The position numbers were made by a program, and so were the translations under genes. The notes beneath the pieces were generated by a model, which worked only from the letters and a program-made list of their open reading frames with translations, ran no database searches and was not told the DNA's origin. From a virus (Duplodnaviria > Heunggongvirae > Uroviricota > Caudoviricetes): a stretch of 51,075 bases of DNA. The first letter of the stretch is position 1, and each line of letters starts with the position of its first letter. The stretch spans positions 1 to 51,075 of IMG/VR virus record IMGVR_UViG_2872698443_000004. One strand, given 5' to 3'. Below are positions 17,719 through 28,622 of this stretch, piece by piece.

Positions 17719-18152
17719 GCAGAGTCACCGCGATTATCTCCGCTCTGGTTATCTGCATCATCGTCTGCCTGTCATGGGCGGTTAATCATTACCGTGATAA
17801 CGCCATCGCCTACAAAGAGCAGCGCGATAAAGCCACGTACATCATCGCTGACATGCAGAAGCGTCAACGTGATGTAGCAGAACTTGACGCCAGATACACA
17901 AAGGAGCTTGCTGATGCTAACGCGACTATCGAAAGTCTCCGTGCTGATGTTTCTGCTGGGCGTAAGCGCCTGCAAGTCGCCGCCACCTGTGCAAAGTCAA
18001 CGACCGGAGCCAGCAGCATGGGCGATGGAGAAAGCCCAGGACTTACAGCAGATGCTGAACTCAATTATTACCGTCTCCGAAGTGGAATCGACAGGATAAC
18101 CGCGCAGGTTAACTACCTGCAGGAGTACATCAGGACTCAGTGCCTGAAATAA
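17715..18152 (+). CDS. Rz: Spanin inner-membrane subunit Rz
   Basis: N-terminal TM helix then coiled-coil; follows R; contains embedded Rz1. Confidence 0.8.
   Translation: MSRVTAIISALVICIIVCLSWAVNHYRDNAIAYKEQRDKATYIIADMQKRQRDVAELDARYTKELADANATIESLRADVSAGRKRLQVAATCAKSTTGASSMGDGESPGLTADAELNYYRLRSGIDRITAQVNYLQEYIRTQCLK
17947..18099 (+). CDS. Rz1: Spanin outer-membrane lipoprotein Rz1 (embedded in Rz, +1 frame)
   Basis: MFLLGVSAC lipobox then proline-rich [13 protein letters not shown]; entirely within Rz. Confidence 0.7.
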   Translation: MFLLGVSACKSPPPVQSQRPEPAAWAMEKAQDLQQMLNSIITVSEVESTG

Positions 18153-18184
18153 TTTTTTTGCAAATCACAAAGTCCATTTAATGA

Positions 18185-18208
18185 GCCTCGCGATGCGGGG
18201 CTTTTTTA
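18185..18208 (+). terminator. Rho-independent terminator after lysis cassette
   Basis: GCCTCGC-GAT-GCGGGGC hairpin followed by TTTTTT. Confidence 0.5.
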
Positions 18209-18351
18209 TATCTGAATTTCACAGCGCATCTCACGCGCATATTAACGAGAGCCTTTCAGTAAGCGAGCCTGAGAAATGCCGTTATAGGTGGCGACCTCTC
18301 TCGGGCGGCTTTTCTGTGAGACAGGCTCACTTTCTAAAAGGTAAAGACGCT

Positions 18352-18870
18352 ATGAATCATCAATTGGCTAATCTCGATTTCCGGGACATGGTGGTTGTTT
18401 CTGGTGATCGCGTGATCACAACCTCCCGCAAGGTAGCAGCTTACTTCGACAAGCAGCATCACCACATCATTCAGAAAATCGAAAAGCTAGACTGTTCGGA
18501 TGAATTTCTAACCAGCAACTTTTCGCGGGTTACCTATGAACACAAGGGTAATCAGTATGTTGAATATGAAATTTCCAAAGACGGTGCGATGTACATCATC
18601 ATGTCGTTTACCGGCAAAAAAGCTGCCGCCATCAAAGAGGCGTTTATCAAAGCATTTAATTGGATGCGTGACAGGCTGATGGAGTTGGCTCACTCATACC
18701 AAAGAGAGCACAACGAGTTAATGCTGGAGTTCATGAAGGAAAAGGATGTTGCCAGTATGTCAGGACGCTTGCTGAACCGCTGGGGCAGGATCAAAAAACC
18801 GCAACTCATAGCAAGAATCGAAAGGCTTGAGCAGCAGGCGCAAATATCGATCCCCGGACTGCCAAAGTGA
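18352..18870 (+). CDS. rha: Rha-family phage regulatory protein
   Basis: Start trimmed to ATG 18352 (track ORF begins inside the terminator); Rha-like N-terminal domain. Confidence 0.6.
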   Translation: MNHQLANLDFRDMVVVSGDRVITTSRKVAAYFDKQHHHIIQKIEKLDCSDEFLTSNFSRVTYEHKGNQYVEYEISKDGAMYIIMSFTGKKAAAIKEAFIKAFNWMRDRLMELAHSYQREHNELMLEFMKEKDVASMSGRLLNRWGRIKKPQLIARIERLEQQAQISIPGLPK

Positions 18871-19291
18871 CCATTCCAAAGCCCATCTACTGGTGGGCTT
18901 GATAATGAAACCGTGATTTACATCCCTCACAATCCAGGTATGTAAAAGCTGGATCATGCGAGAACGGATTTAACTAAATCTGTACGCCACCAGTTAACGG
19001 CAGTACCACGAAGCAACCCAAGCCAGAAAGTGGGGAAATAACACTGGCAGCCACTGAAAGATGAACCTCCTGCCTTATGGCAAAAAAGATTCTTTGTGGT
19101 GGCGGACTGATGGAAAGACATCGGTTATTGCAGAGACCATTCAATGAGTGGTCTCGACAATGGCTTATACCCTGCACGGGATAACTTAACTGATATCCCC
19201 ACAAGCGGATAAAGAGGTCCTCAATGTCAGGAATCTACTTTTAGTCCTAGTAATGATGAACTAGATATCAGTTGAGTCGCTTGGGTGGTGA

Positions 19292-19528
19292 TTACGATTC
19301 TGCTTCAAACTCAGAAATTAGTTGATGAACACGTTCAGTATATGATGGGTTAGAACCTAGAAACTCTTCCACTGTCTGAATGGTTTCATCACCCTCCCAT
19401 TCAAAATGGCTCACAGGTGACGAATGACCAGCCCTGACTTGGTAGGAGCCATTGTCCAATTTGTCCAGGAATATATAAGTTTCATTATCATGACCTGTAT
19501 TTCGGTAAAAAATTTGCTTTGAGTTCAT
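19292..19528 (-). CDS. Hypothetical moron protein (78 aa), antisense to late operon
   Basis: AT-rich ORF with GAGGAT SD, divergent from terS with 24-bp spacer; sits in the lambda bor-type slot. Confidence 0.5.
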   Translation of the reverse strand: MNSKQIFYRNTGHDNETYIFLDKLDNGSYQVRAGHSSPVSHFEWEGDETIQTVEEFLGSNPSYTERVHQLISEFEAES

Positions 19529-19552
19529 TAAAGAAATCCTCTAGAGAAAACT

Positions 19553-20104
19553 ATGGCACTCACCGACAAGCAAGAAATGTTCTGTCGCGAGTACCTCATC
19601 GATTTAAACGCCACGCAAGCGGCTATTCGGGCGGGGTACAGCGCAAAGACAGCTAACCGTACCGCATCCGAAAACCTGTCAAAACCTGACATACAATTCA
19701 GAATCGCCGAACTGAAAGCGCAACGCAATGATCTTGTTGGTATTAATGCAGAATATGTACTTAATCGCCTTATTGAAATCGACCAGATGGATGTGCTCGA
19801 CATTCTCCTGCAAAACGGTGAGCTAAAGCCCATTAAAGACTGGCCTAAGGTATGGCGCACAACGCTATCAGGAATGGATGTCGTGGAGATAGTATCCGCA
19901 GATAGCGCCGCACTTCTGAAGAAAATCAAATGGCCTGATAAGGTTAAAAACCTTGAGTTGCTCGGGCGTCATGTTTCTGTTCAGGCGTTTAAAGACAATG
20001 TCAAAAATGAAGTGACTGGTGCTGACGGAGGACCAGTCAGAACAGAAATTACCAACTTAACGCCGGAGCAGGCTGCAGAAGCGTATAAAAAAATGATGGG
20101 CTAA
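19553..20104 (+). CDS. Terminase small subunit
   Basis: 183 aa; N-terminal [33 protein letters not shown] typical of TerS; directly upstream of TerL. Confidence 0.75.
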   Translation: MALTDKQEMFCREYLIDLNATQAAIRAGYSAKTANRTASENLSKPDIQFRIAELKAQRNDLVGINAEYVLNRLIEIDQMDVLDILLQNGELKPIKDWPKVWRTTLSGMDVVEIVSADSAALLKKIKWPDKVKNLELLGRHVSVQAFKDNVKNEVTGADGGPVRTEITNLTPEQAAEAYKKMMG

Positions 20105-20106
20105 GT

Positions 20107-21729
20107 ATGCCGTTACCATTTCCCTTCGATTTTAAACATCCTGATTACCAGATGGTTTTTGAATGGCGGATGGAACGCTTACAGCGCATTCGTCAGAACC
20201 CTGAAATATTGCCAGCACTAAAACAGTTTTACCGGACCAACCCGGCTCAGTTCATCATCGACTGGGGCATGACAACGGACCCGCGTAATATTGATTATGG
20301 CCTGCCGGTGACCATTCCGTTTTTACTCTTCCCTAAGCAGGAGGAGTGGATCCACTGGATTATGGAACGCTGGGGTAATCGGGAGAATGGTATTACCGAA
20401 AAATCCCGTGAAATGGGGCTCAGTTGGACCGCGATCGGACTGGCCTGCTCGCTTTGTCTCTTCAACAAAGAAATGGTTATCGGTTTCGGCTCCCGTAAAG
20501 AGGAATACGTCGACAGCACTGGTGACCCGAAAGCATTGTTCTGGAAGGCACGCAAGTTCGTGGAAACGCTACCTGTAGAGTTTCGCGGTTCGTGGAGCGA
20601 GAAGAAGCACGCGCCATATATGCGTGTTGAGTTTCCTGAAACTGGTGCCGTTATCAAAGGCGAGGCTGGCGATAATATTGGTCGTGGTGACCGTACCACG
20701 CTTTATCTGGTTGATGAGGCTGCATTCCTTCAGCGTCCTCTGCTGATTGATGCGGCGTTGTCACAAACGACGCGTTGCCGTATCGACCTGAGTTCAGTTA
20801 ACGGCATGGCTAACCCGTTCGCTCAGAAGCGTCATGGCGGGAAGATACCGGTATTCACATTCCACTGGCGGGATGATCCTCGCAAGGATGAAGAGTGGTA
20901 TCGCAGGGAATGCGAGAAAATCGATAATCCGGTGGTGGTGGCACAGGAACTTGATCTGAACTACAGCGCATCAGCGGAAGGCGTCCTGATTCCATCCGAA
21001 TGGGTACAGGCTGCTGTCGACGCGCATATCAAGCTGGGCATCCAGCCAACAGGCAAACGACTTGGCGCGATGGATGTCGCTGATGAAGGCAGGGACAAAA
21101 ATGCCTTTTCCACCCGTCATGGCTTCCTCCTGGAGAATGTGCGGGAATGGTCCGGTGTGGGCAGCGACATTTATCAGTCCGTCGAGAAGGTTTTCGGCTT
21201 TTGCGAACAGGACAACCTCGAAGAGTTTCGCTTTGACGAGGACGGGCTGGGCGCTGGCGTTCGCGGCGATGCACGCGCTATCAACGAACTGCGTAACGCT
21301 GCGCGTCGACCGTCAATACTCGCTACACCGTTTCGCGGTAGCGGCGCGGTGTTTGATCCGGACGACGAAGCGGTGCGCGGTGACAACGGGCAAGCCGCAC
21401 GTCTGAACAAGGACTTCTTCGCTAACGCCAAAGCCCAGAGCTGGTGGCGGTTACGTAAACTTTTCCAGAACACCTGGCGTGCCGTGGTTGAAGGTATGGC
21501 TTACAACCCGGACGAAATCATCTCAATCAGCAGTAGCATGGCACTCAAAGATAAACTCATCATCGAGCTTTCGCAGCCGACCTATTCCATTAATGGTGTG
21601 GGAAAAATCGTTATTGATAAACAGCCTGATGGAACCCGGTCGCCAAACCTTGCCGACTCGGTGATGATCAGCTACGCGCCAATGAATTCAGCCCTGAACA
21701 TCTGGGAGCTGCTAGGGAGACAGGCCTGA
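20107..21729 (+). CDS. Terminase large subunit
   Basis: 540 aa; ATPase then nuclease domain (LYLVDEAAF Walker B-like). Confidence 0.85.
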   Translation: MPLPFPFDFKHPDYQMVFEWRMERLQRIRQNPEILPALKQFYRTNPAQFIIDWGMTTDPRNIDYGLPVTIPFLLFPKQEEWIHWIMERWGNRENGITEKSREMGLSWTAIGLACSLCLFNKEMVIGFGSRKEEYVDSTGDPKALFWKARKFVETLPVEFRGSWSEKKHAPYMRVEFPETGAVIKGEAGDNIGRGDRTTLYLVDEAAFLQRPLLIDAALSQTTRCRIDLSSVNGMANPFAQKRHGGKIPVFTFHWRDDPRKDEEWYRRECEKIDNPVVVAQELDLNYSASAEGVLIPSEWVQAAVDAHIKLGIQPTGKRLGAMDVADEGRDKNAFSTRHGFLLENVREWSGVGSDIYQSVEKVFGFCEQDNLEEFRFDEDGLGAGVRGDARAINELRNAARRPSILATPFRGSGAVFDPDDEAVRGDNGQAARLNKDFFANAKAQSWWRLRKLFQNTWRAVVEGMAYNPDEIISISSSMALKDKLIIELSQPTYSINGVGKIVIDKQPDGTRSPNLADSVMISYAPMNSALNIWELLGRQA

Positions 21730-23195
21730 TGGCACGAAACAAACAAGCCACGCGGCGAACGGCACAGGCCACCGCTGATGGCTATGAGAACTTTGTTGCC
21801 CGCGTGGGGATGCAGACACCTAACCAGCACTCAGCATCGACCTACCGGGCTAACTTCACCAGCCGCAACCGCATGCTGGTGGAATGGTCATATCGCGGAT
21901 CGTGGGTTATCGGCGAAGCGGTCGACGCTATCCCGGATGATATGACCCGCAAAGGCATTCGCATCACTTCGGAAATTGATGCAAAAGATCGCGGCATTCT
22001 CGAATCACAACTGGATGAGTTGCAAATCTGGGATGCGCTGAATGACGTGCTGAAATGGTCGCGTCTCTATGGCGGCGCGGTCGGCTTCATCATGATCGAG
22101 GGGCAGGCACCAATGACCCCGCTGCGGCTCGAAACCATTGGAGAAGGCAAGTTTAAGGGCATTCTCCCGCTCGACCGCTGGATGATTAACCCGGTCCTGA
22201 CCCGCCGCATTAAAGAGATGGGGCCAGATCTCGGCAAACCTGAGTTTTACGACGTAGTGACCACTGCAACGGGCATCCCGGCCTGGCGCATCCATCACAG
22301 CCGCCTGATTCGCTTCGATGGCGTCACGCTGCCATTCCAGCAGAAGATGACCGAGAACGAATGGGGAATGTCGGTTGTAGAGAGAATCTGGGATCGGCTT
22401 ACTGCGTTCGACAGCGCCACTGTCGGCGCGGCGCAGCTGGTCTACAAAGCGCATTTGCGTACCTACAGCGTGGAGAAGCTACGCGAGCTTATCGCACTTG
22501 GTGGTCCTGCGTATGAAGCGCTGCTGAAGAACATCGACCTGATCCGCCAGTTCCAGAGCAATGAAGGCATGACGCTCATGGACTCGCGGGATAAGTTCGA
22601 AACCCACCAGTACAGCTTCAGTGGTCTGGATGACATTCTTTCGCAGTTCGCTGAGCAGATCAGCGGTGCCGTCGGCATCCCGCTGGTACGCCTGTTTGGT
22701 CAATCCCCGAAAGGCTTCTCAACTGGTGACGCAGACCTCGCCAACTATTATGACCGGGTGAGTTCATTGCAGGAGCGCCGCTTACGGATGCCGATGCGCC
22801 GGATACTGGACATTATGCACCGCTCGGAACTCGGTAAGCCGCTGCCGGACGATTTCACGTTTGAGTTTAACCCGCTCTGGCAAATGTCTGATGTCGATCG
22901 CTCAACGGTGGCGTTAAACACTACCAACGCAATCAGTACGGCGCTGGGTGATGGTCTGATGACACTGAAAGCCGCTATGACCGATTTGCGCGAAAATTCT
23001 GACGTAACCGGCATCGGGGCGTCCATTACCGACGAGGACATAGAGAATGCCGAAGACGAAGCGCCGCCAGGCATCGGCGAACTTGGCGACAAACCGCCAG
23101 AGTCGCCAGGCGGAGATCCGATATCGAACGAGCCTACGGCAGATAGCGCGGGCGGTCGGGGATATCGTAAATGGTCGCTACGATGGTTCAAATGA
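21729..23195 (+). CDS. Portal protein
   Basis: 488 aa, immediately after TerL; acidic disordered C-terminus. Confidence 0.8.
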   Translation: MARNKQATRRTAQATADGYENFVARVGMQTPNQHSASTYRANFTSRNRMLVEWSYRGSWVIGEAVDAIPDDMTRKGIRITSEIDAKDRGILESQLDELQIWDALNDVLKWSRLYGGAVGFIMIEGQAPMTPLRLETIGEGKFKGILPLDRWMINPVLTRRIKEMGPDLGKPEFYDVVTTATGIPAWRIHHSRLIRFDGVTLPFQQKMTENEWGMSVVERIWDRLTAFDSATVGAAQLVYKAHLRTYSVEKLRELIALGGPAYEALLKNIDLIRQFQSNEGMTLMDSRDKFETHQYSFSGLDDILSQFAEQISGAVGIPLVRLFGQSPKGFSTGDADLANYYDRVSSLQERRLRMPMRRILDIMHRSELGKPLPDDFTFEFNPLWQMSDVDRSTVALNTTNAISTALGDGLMTLKAAMTDLRENSDVTGIGASITDEDIENAEDEAPPGIGELGDKPPESPGGDPISNEPTADSAGGRGYRKWSLRWFK

Positions 23196-23820
23196 CAGTG
23201 TCACCGAAATAATGGATGCGCTGGAGCGCTACAGCGAAATCATCACCCCCTGGGCGACGAAGGTTGCTGAGAACTTTACCGCCGACATTGCGCGCCAGAA
23301 TGAAAAGCAGTGGCGTCAGCACAGCAGGAACATCAGCGCAGAGCTGCGCAACATGGTCGACCGCGCCCCGGTAGGCCAGGTGATGAAATCCATCGTCGCC
23401 GAGCAAATTAAGTACATCAAGTCACTGCCTCTTGAGGCCGCCGATCGGGTGTATGACATTCAGAACAAGGCCATCGAGGCCGTTGTGTCTGGTGGCCGCG
23501 CTGAGCCATTCGCGAAAGAGATAGCTGCGTCCGGTGACGTGTCACGCTCACGAGCGAACCTTATCGCCCGTACTGAACTTGGACGTGCAACCGGCGCGCT
23601 GGATCAGGCGCGTGCGCTGTCAATCGGCTCGAATGGTTATATCTGGCGTACAGCCGAAGATGGTGACGTCAGGCATTCTCATCGGGAAATGGAAGGTAAA
23701 TTTGTCGAATGGGGCAAACCTCCAACGCTTGATGGCATGACCGGTCACGCTGGCGAGCTCCCGAATTGTCGCTGTTATAAAGAAATCGTTTTTCCCAACC
23801 CTCATTCTTATCTCGCCTGA
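23047..23820 (+). CDS. Head morphogenesis protein (Mu F / SPP1 gp7-like)
   Basis: 257 aa; overlaps portal 3' end by 149 nt; alternative start ATG 23212. Confidence 0.6.
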   Translation: MPKTKRRQASANLATNRQSRQAEIRYRTSLRQIARAVGDIVNGRYDGSNDSVTEIMDALERYSEIITPWATKVAENFTADIARQNEKQWRQHSRNISAELRNMVDRAPVGQVMKSIVAEQIKYIKSLPLEAADRVYDIQNKAIEAVVSGGRAEPFAKEIAASGDVSRSRANLIARTELGRATGALDQARALSIGSNGYIWRTAEDGDVRHSHREMEGKFVEWGKPPTLDGMTGHAGELPNCRCYKEIVFPNPHSYLA

Positions 23821-23834
23821 ATCGCAGGTAAACC

Positions 23835-25055
23835 ATGAAATATTTTTTCAATACCCGGCTGGGAGAAACCCGCTACCAGCTGGCTGACGGCTCGTTGCTG
23901 TGCAAAGACGTGCCGATAGGACGAACAGGTAAGCAGCTCTATGGTGCTGATGATCTGCCAAAACTGAAACCCGATAAGTTCGGTGAAATAGTCGTCACGC
24001 GTTCTCCTGAGCAGGTATTCCATCCCGCCACGCTTGCCTCATTCGAAGGAATGAGTATCACGGTGTTGCATCCCGAGGATGAAAACGGGGATGTGCGGCT
24101 GGTGAATCCAGAGAACTGGAAAGAGCTTGCTGTCGGGCATCTTCAGAATGTCCGGCGCGGGACGGGTGTGCAGTCTGATTTGATGCTGGCTGACCTTATC
24201 GTCAAAGACGAAAGCGCCATTCAGCTTATCGAAGATGGCCTGCGCGAAGTGTCGTGTGGCTATGACGCGGAGTACGAGCAGACCGAGCCAGGTAAAGCCG
24301 AGCAGGTCGATATTACCGGAAACCATGTGGCTCTTGTCCCTAAAGGCAGAGCCGGAAATCGTTGTGCAATTGGAGACAGAGACACAATGGCAAATCAAAA
24401 GAAAAGCTGGTGGACCCGCATGCGCACGGCCATCAAAACGGGTGACGCTGACACCATGAACGAACTGCTGGACTCTGCGCCAGCGGCGGTAACTGGCGAT
24501 GAAGGGGATCTGCCGAGCGGCGTTAACCTCAACATTAACCTTTCACCGCAACAACCATTGCCGGACAAAAAGCCGGAAATGGGCGGAGAGCCAACCGGCG
24601 ACGGCGAGGACGATATCAAAACCTTGCTCAAAGCCCTGCTGGCTAAGCTGGAAGGAAATGTGACGGGCGATAACGATAATAAGCCTGACGATAATCCGAC
24701 CGGTGATGGCGAGGATGATGAAGAGGAAACCACGATTACTGGTGACTCAGCCTGGCGTGCCGAAGTTATCGTTCCGGGTATCGATCTGAGCCGTAAGATG
24801 AAACCGACCGCGTTCAAACGCGAGGTTCTGGCTTCCGCAGATAAAACGCTGGTTCGCCAGATAGTCGGTGATGCGGATATCCGCAAATTACCGAAACAAT
24901 CGGTCAACATGGCGTTTAATGCCGTGTCTGAGATTGCCAAAGGGCGAAACACCCGCGCCACCACCGGCGATGCACAGCGCCCAAACATGGGCATGACCAG
25001 TATCGCTTCCCTGAACAAACAAAACGCTGAATTCTGGGCAAACCGTAAAGGGTAA
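23835..25055 (+). CDS. Putative scaffolding / prohead protein
   Basis: 406 aa with acidic Gly/Asp-rich linker; between head morphogenesis and capsid genes. Confidence 0.45.
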   Translation: MKYFFNTRLGETRYQLADGSLLCKDVPIGRTGKQLYGADDLPKLKPDKFGEIVVTRSPEQVFHPATLASFEGMSITVLHPEDENGDVRLVNPENWKELAVGHLQNVRRGTGVQSDLMLADLIVKDESAIQLIEDGLREVSCGYDAEYEQTEPGKAEQVDITGNHVALVPKGRAGNRCAIGDRDTMANQKKSWWTRMRTAIKTGDADTMNELLDSAPAAVTGDEGDLPSGVNLNINLSPQQPLPDKKPEMGGEPTGDGEDDIKTLLKALLAKLEGNVTGDNDNKPDDNPTGDGEDDEEETTITGDSAWRAEVIVPGIDLSRKMKPTAFKREVLASADKTLVRQIVGDADIRKLPKQSVNMAFNAVSEIAKGRNTRATTGDAQRPNMGMTSIASLNKQNAEFWANRKG

Positions 25056-25058
25056 AAA

Positions 25059-25565
25059 ATGAATAATGTATTTCTGTACCGGATGCCTGTTGGCATTGCC
25101 GGGGCTATCTCTCGCCCGCAGGACTTAACCGTCGAACCGGTGGTCCTTAAATCCGATAACGCCTTTGCTGCCTATGGGCTGGCTGGTAAATACGATGCTG
25201 ACGGTTTTTTCGTACCGCTGGCAGATGGTGATACCGCAGACAAGGTGAAGGGGATCTATGTGCGCCCTTATCCGACCACGTCGCAGCCGGACATGGTTCG
25301 CCAGGTGGGGAGTGGCAAGAACTTCCCGGGCGACGCAATGAAGCGTGGCTACGTGACCGTTAATCTCGGTTCTGATTTTGATGCCAGCACCATCAAAAAA
25401 GGCGACCCGGTATACGTTGTCGTCTCCACTGATGGATCCATCAAAGTGCCGCTGGGTGGATTCATGTCCACGTCAGTCAGTGGCAAAAATGTGGTGCTGA
25501 CCAACGCTGAATTCACAGGTGCCGGTGATGCTAACGGCAATGCAGAAATTTCCTGGAAGATTTAA
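25059..25565 (+). CDS. Putative head structural / decoration protein
   Basis: 168 aa, directly upstream of major capsid gene. Confidence 0.4.
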   Translation: MNNVFLYRMPVGIAGAISRPQDLTVEPVVLKSDNAFAAYGLAGKYDADGFFVPLADGDTADKVKGIYVRPYPTTSQPDMVRQVGSGKNFPGDAMKRGYVTVNLGSDFDASTIKKGDPVYVVVSTDGSIKVPLGGFMSTSVSGKNVVLTNAEFTGAGDANGNAEISWKI

Positions 25566-25576
25566 GGAACAGACGA

Positions 25577-26518
25577 ATGATTACTTTTGATCAGGCAACC
25601 GTTGACAGCTCTGGTGCCTTTCTCATCGGGGAGCTGGAGCGACTCGACCAGACGCTGAACCTGCCACTGGTGGGGTACACCTGGACCCGCGATATTCAGT
25701 TGCGTGAAGATGTCTCCATCGCAGATGACATTTCCAGCTGGACGAATACCAGCTTCGCCGCTGCGGGTACTGGCGCAAATCCGAATGGCAAAAACTGGGT
25801 AGGCAAAGACTCAACCGCTATTGCTGGCGTGAACGTGGATATCGGCAAATCCGGTAACCCGCTGAACCTGTGGGGGATGGAGCTTGGCTGGACGGTCATA
25901 GAATTGCAGGCTGCTCAGCAGGTCGGACGCCCGATTGATACGCAGAAGTATGACGGGATGCAACTGAAATGGCAGATGGATAACGATGAACAGGTGTATG
26001 TTGGCGATTCCGCATTAAACCTGAAAGGCCTTGTTACCCTGAACGGTGTTCCTGTCAACAACGCTGCCAAAACGTGGGCAACCTCAACACCGGACGAAAT
26101 CCGCGCAAGCATTAACCAGGTGCTGTCTGATGCGTGGGCCGCTTCCGGTTACTCTGTGGTTCCGAGTGATTTGCTGATCCCACCTGAGCAGTTTGCTCTG
26201 TTGTCCAGCATCATCGTTTCATCTGCTGGTAACCAGTCCCTGTTGACGTACCTTCAGACCAACACCATCAGCTATCACCAGAACGGTGTTCCGCTGAATA
26301 TCCGCGCGGTTAAATGGCTGAAAGGCCGTGGTGTGGGGGATAAGGATCGCATGGTTGCGTACACCAACGATAAAAAATACGTCCGCTACCCGCTGGTTCC
26401 GCTTCAGAGCGTGCCGGTGCAGTATCGCGGTCTGTATCAGATCGTCACTTACTACGGCAAGCTGGGTGCAGTCGAGCCAGTGTACAAAGAAACCATTTCG
26501 TACGTTGATGGCATTTAA
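25577..26518 (+). CDS. Major capsid protein
   Basis: 313 aa, synteny; hairpin ATGGCCCC-CTGGC-GGGGCCAT immediately downstream. Confidence 0.65.
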   Translation: MITFDQATVDSSGAFLIGELERLDQTLNLPLVGYTWTRDIQLREDVSIADDISSWTNTSFAAAGTGANPNGKNWVGKDSTAIAGVNVDIGKSGNPLNLWGMELGWTVIELQAAQQVGRPIDTQKYDGMQLKWQMDNDEQVYVGDSALNLKGLVTLNGVPVNNAAKTWATSTPDEIRASINQVLSDAWAASGYSVVPSDLLIPPEQFALLSSIIVSSAGNQSLLTYLQTNTISYHQNGVPLNIRAVKWLKGRGVGDKDRMVAYTNDKKYVRYPLVPLQSVPVQYRGLYQIVTYYGKLGAVEPVYKETISYVDGI

Positions 26519-26559
26519 CAGCCATATGGCCCCCTGGCGGGGCCATTAAGGATGACCCG

Positions 26560-26781
26560 ATGGTAAAAAATAATGCAGTAATACACGTACATACCCCGTT
26601 TGTGCTCACGCTTCCCGACGGTTCACGGCGCGAGTTTGTTAAAGGCCGTCATGCTGTGGAGGAAGAAGTTGCCACGCACTGGTTCACTCGTGCGCACGCG
26701 GAAGTATCCGTTGGCAAAGCCACAGACGCGCGTAACGAGGTAAAAAATGCCAAAGAATCAAAGTCTGCCAGCGGTAAGTGA
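26560..26781 (+). CDS. Hypothetical head-associated protein
   Basis: 73-aa ORF with AAGGA SD. Confidence 0.35.
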   Translation: MVKNNAVIHVHTPFVLTLPDGSRREFVKGRHAVEEEVATHWFTRAHAEVSVGKATDARNEVKNAKESKSASGK

Positions 26782-27154
26782 TTTTCGCCGCGACTTCCCG
26801 CAGTTTGCTGACCCTGCCAAATATCCCGAAGCGCAAATCCAGTTTCGTCTGAATCTGGCCGATGAACTGCTGAGCGAAAACGTCACCGGAAAAAAGTTGT
26901 TTCCGTACTTTGCCGAGTTGTTCGTGGCTCACTACATGACGCTATGGGCGGCAGATAGTCGGGCAATGCTGGTTGGCGGCCCGGGCGGTTCAACCAATGG
27001 TGTTCAATCCTCAAAGTCTGTTGACAAGGTAAGCGTCAGTTATGACACCAGCGCGACGCTGAATCCTGATGCAGGCTTCTGGAATAACACCCGATATGGC
27101 GCTGAATTTTATCAGCTGATCACGATGTTCGGTGCGGGAGGTCGCCAGCTATGA
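26747..27154 (+). CDS. Putative head-tail connector protein
   Basis: 135 aa, GAGG SD, synteny. Confidence 0.45.
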   Translation: MPKNQSLPAVSDFRRDFPQFADPAKYPEAQIQFRLNLADELLSENVTGKKLFPYFAELFVAHYMTLWAADSRAMLVGGPGGSTNGVQSSKSVDKVSVSYDTSATLNPDAGFWNNTRYGAEFYQLITMFGAGGRQL

Positions 27155-27705
27155 GCTTCAAAAGCGGTGTAACAACGAGGGTGGATAACGCTCAGGCCAT
27201 TCTGGATGCGCTCAGGTCGCTAACCAAAAAGGATGTGCTGGTCGGCATCCCTTCGGAAGACAGCGAGCGTGAAGATGTTCCGTTTGGTAATGCGGGGATC
27301 GGCTATGTCAACGAATACGGCTCACCAGCGCAAAACATCCCCCCACGCCCGCACCTGACCCCCGGCGTTAAATCGGTAGAGGGACAGACAGTGCCGCAGC
27401 TCAAAGCAGCGGCGCAGGCTGCGCTTGATGGTAATGCGTCGGGTGCGGAAAGAGCGCTCAACCGTGCCGGAACGCTGGCCGCTAATGGCGTCAGGCGTTA
27501 CATGACTATTACCGGCTTTACGCCGCTTGCTGACAGCACTGTTGAAGCCCGCGCACGTCGAGGGCGCAAAGGGGCGAAAGCTGAGCTTGCCCGACGCGCT
27601 GCTGGCGAGTCACCCGGAACCGATCTGGTGAAACCGCTAATTGACACCGGACAGTACCGCAGAGCTATTACCCATGTAGTGAGGGATAAAGATGCCGACT
27701 CTTGA
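27151..27705 (+). CDS. Putative head-tail joining / completion protein
   Basis: 184 aa, overlapping coupled starts. Confidence 0.4.
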   Translation: MSFKSGVTTRVDNAQAILDALRSLTKKDVLVGIPSEDSEREDVPFGNAGIGYVNEYGSPAQNIPPRPHLTPGVKSVEGQTVPQLKAAAQAALDGNASGAERALNRAGTLAANGVRRYMTITGFTPLADSTVEARARRGRKGAKAELARRAAGESPGTDLVKPLIDTGQYRRAITHVVRDKDADS

Positions 27706-28081
27706 TGTAACAGACGTGCTTTTTGACCCCGATTTTTGCGACTTCAACCTGTGGGTAACGCGTCGCGTGCAAACGGTGGACGATGACGGGATCGGCAGTG
27801 ACAGCGAAGTTAAAACGCAGTTTGCCGGAGTTGTTACCGTTGACCGCTCCCTGGAGAACCGCCGTATGCAGTCCGGGCAAGTTATCAGTGGCGCGATTCT
27901 TATCGTGACAACTGAGCGGCTGACACAGGGGCAGACTGGCCGTGATGCAGATATCGTGACGTATCAGGGCCGTGATTATCGTGTGACTTTCGTCGACCCG
28001 TATACAGCTTATGGGTCCGGATTCGTTCAGGCGCATTGTGAGTTGCTGCCGTTTGATGGGGGAATTCCGGTTGAGCAATAA
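27692..28081 (+). CDS. Putative tail completion protein
   Basis: 129 aa, synteny. Confidence 0.4.
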   Translation: MPTLDVTDVLFDPDFCDFNLWVTRRVQTVDDDGIGSDSEVKTQFAGVVTVDRSLENRRMQSGQVISGAILIVTTERLTQGQTGRDADIVTYQGRDYRVTFVDPYTAYGSGFVQAHCELLPFDGGIPVEQ

Positions 28082-28619
28082 CACCAGCACAGAGCGCGGA
28101 TGGTTAATACCAACCAGTGGCGATCCGGATTATGACGAAGCGCTCGACAGGCTGTTAAGCCAGTGGATGCGTAACGTTTCCGGTCTGTCTGCCGGGATGG
28201 TTCGTCCGCGCTGGCAGAAAGAGCAGCCGCCACTGCTACCGGTTGAAACGAACTGGTGTGCGTTTGGGGTTATCGGATGGTCAGGTGATGACAGTCCGGC
28301 ATTCACCAGACAGACCGATGATGGCTCTCAGCTCTGGCGGCATGAAACGATTGAGTGTATGGCTTCGTTTTATGGTCCGGCTGGGATGGTGTATGCGTCC
28401 CGGTTTCGTGACGGTATATCTGTGCCGCAGAACAATGCAGCACTGAATGCGCTGGGGCTGTCTCTTGGCGATTACACAGGTCTGACTCCCTTCCCTGAAC
28501 TTATTAATCAGCAATGGGTCCGCCGCTACGATATGACGGTGCGCCTGCGCCGGAAGGTTGTGCGCGAGTACGGTATTAAATCGCTGGTGGAAGCACCAGT
28601 CATCTTTTTCGGAGATTAA
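28056..28619 (+). CDS. Putative tail-associated protein
   Basis: Start uncertain (track 28011; ATG 28056). Confidence 0.4.
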   Translation: MGEFRLSNNTSTERGWLIPTSGDPDYDEALDRLLSQWMRNVSGLSAGMVRPRWQKEQPPLLPVETNWCAFGVIGWSGDDSPAFTRQTDDGSQLWRHETIECMASFYGPAGMVYASRFRDGISVPQNNAALNALGLSLGDYTGLTPFPELINQQWVRRYDMTVRLRRKVVREYGIKSLVEAPVIFFGD

Positions 28620-28622
28620 GCT

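Noticed and set aside
18181-18351. N-terminal extension of the rha ORF starting at 18181
   Set aside because: That start codon lies inside the terminator hairpin after Rz and the extension is not protein-like; ATG 18352 is the more plausible start.
20295-22454. Antisense ORFs within terminase and portal genes (20295..20699, 21029..21274, 21174..21473, 22005..22454)
   Set aside because: They are embedded in well-supported sense-strand genes, are Arg/Pro/Ser-rich as expected for GC-rich antisense frames, and lack ribosome-binding sites.
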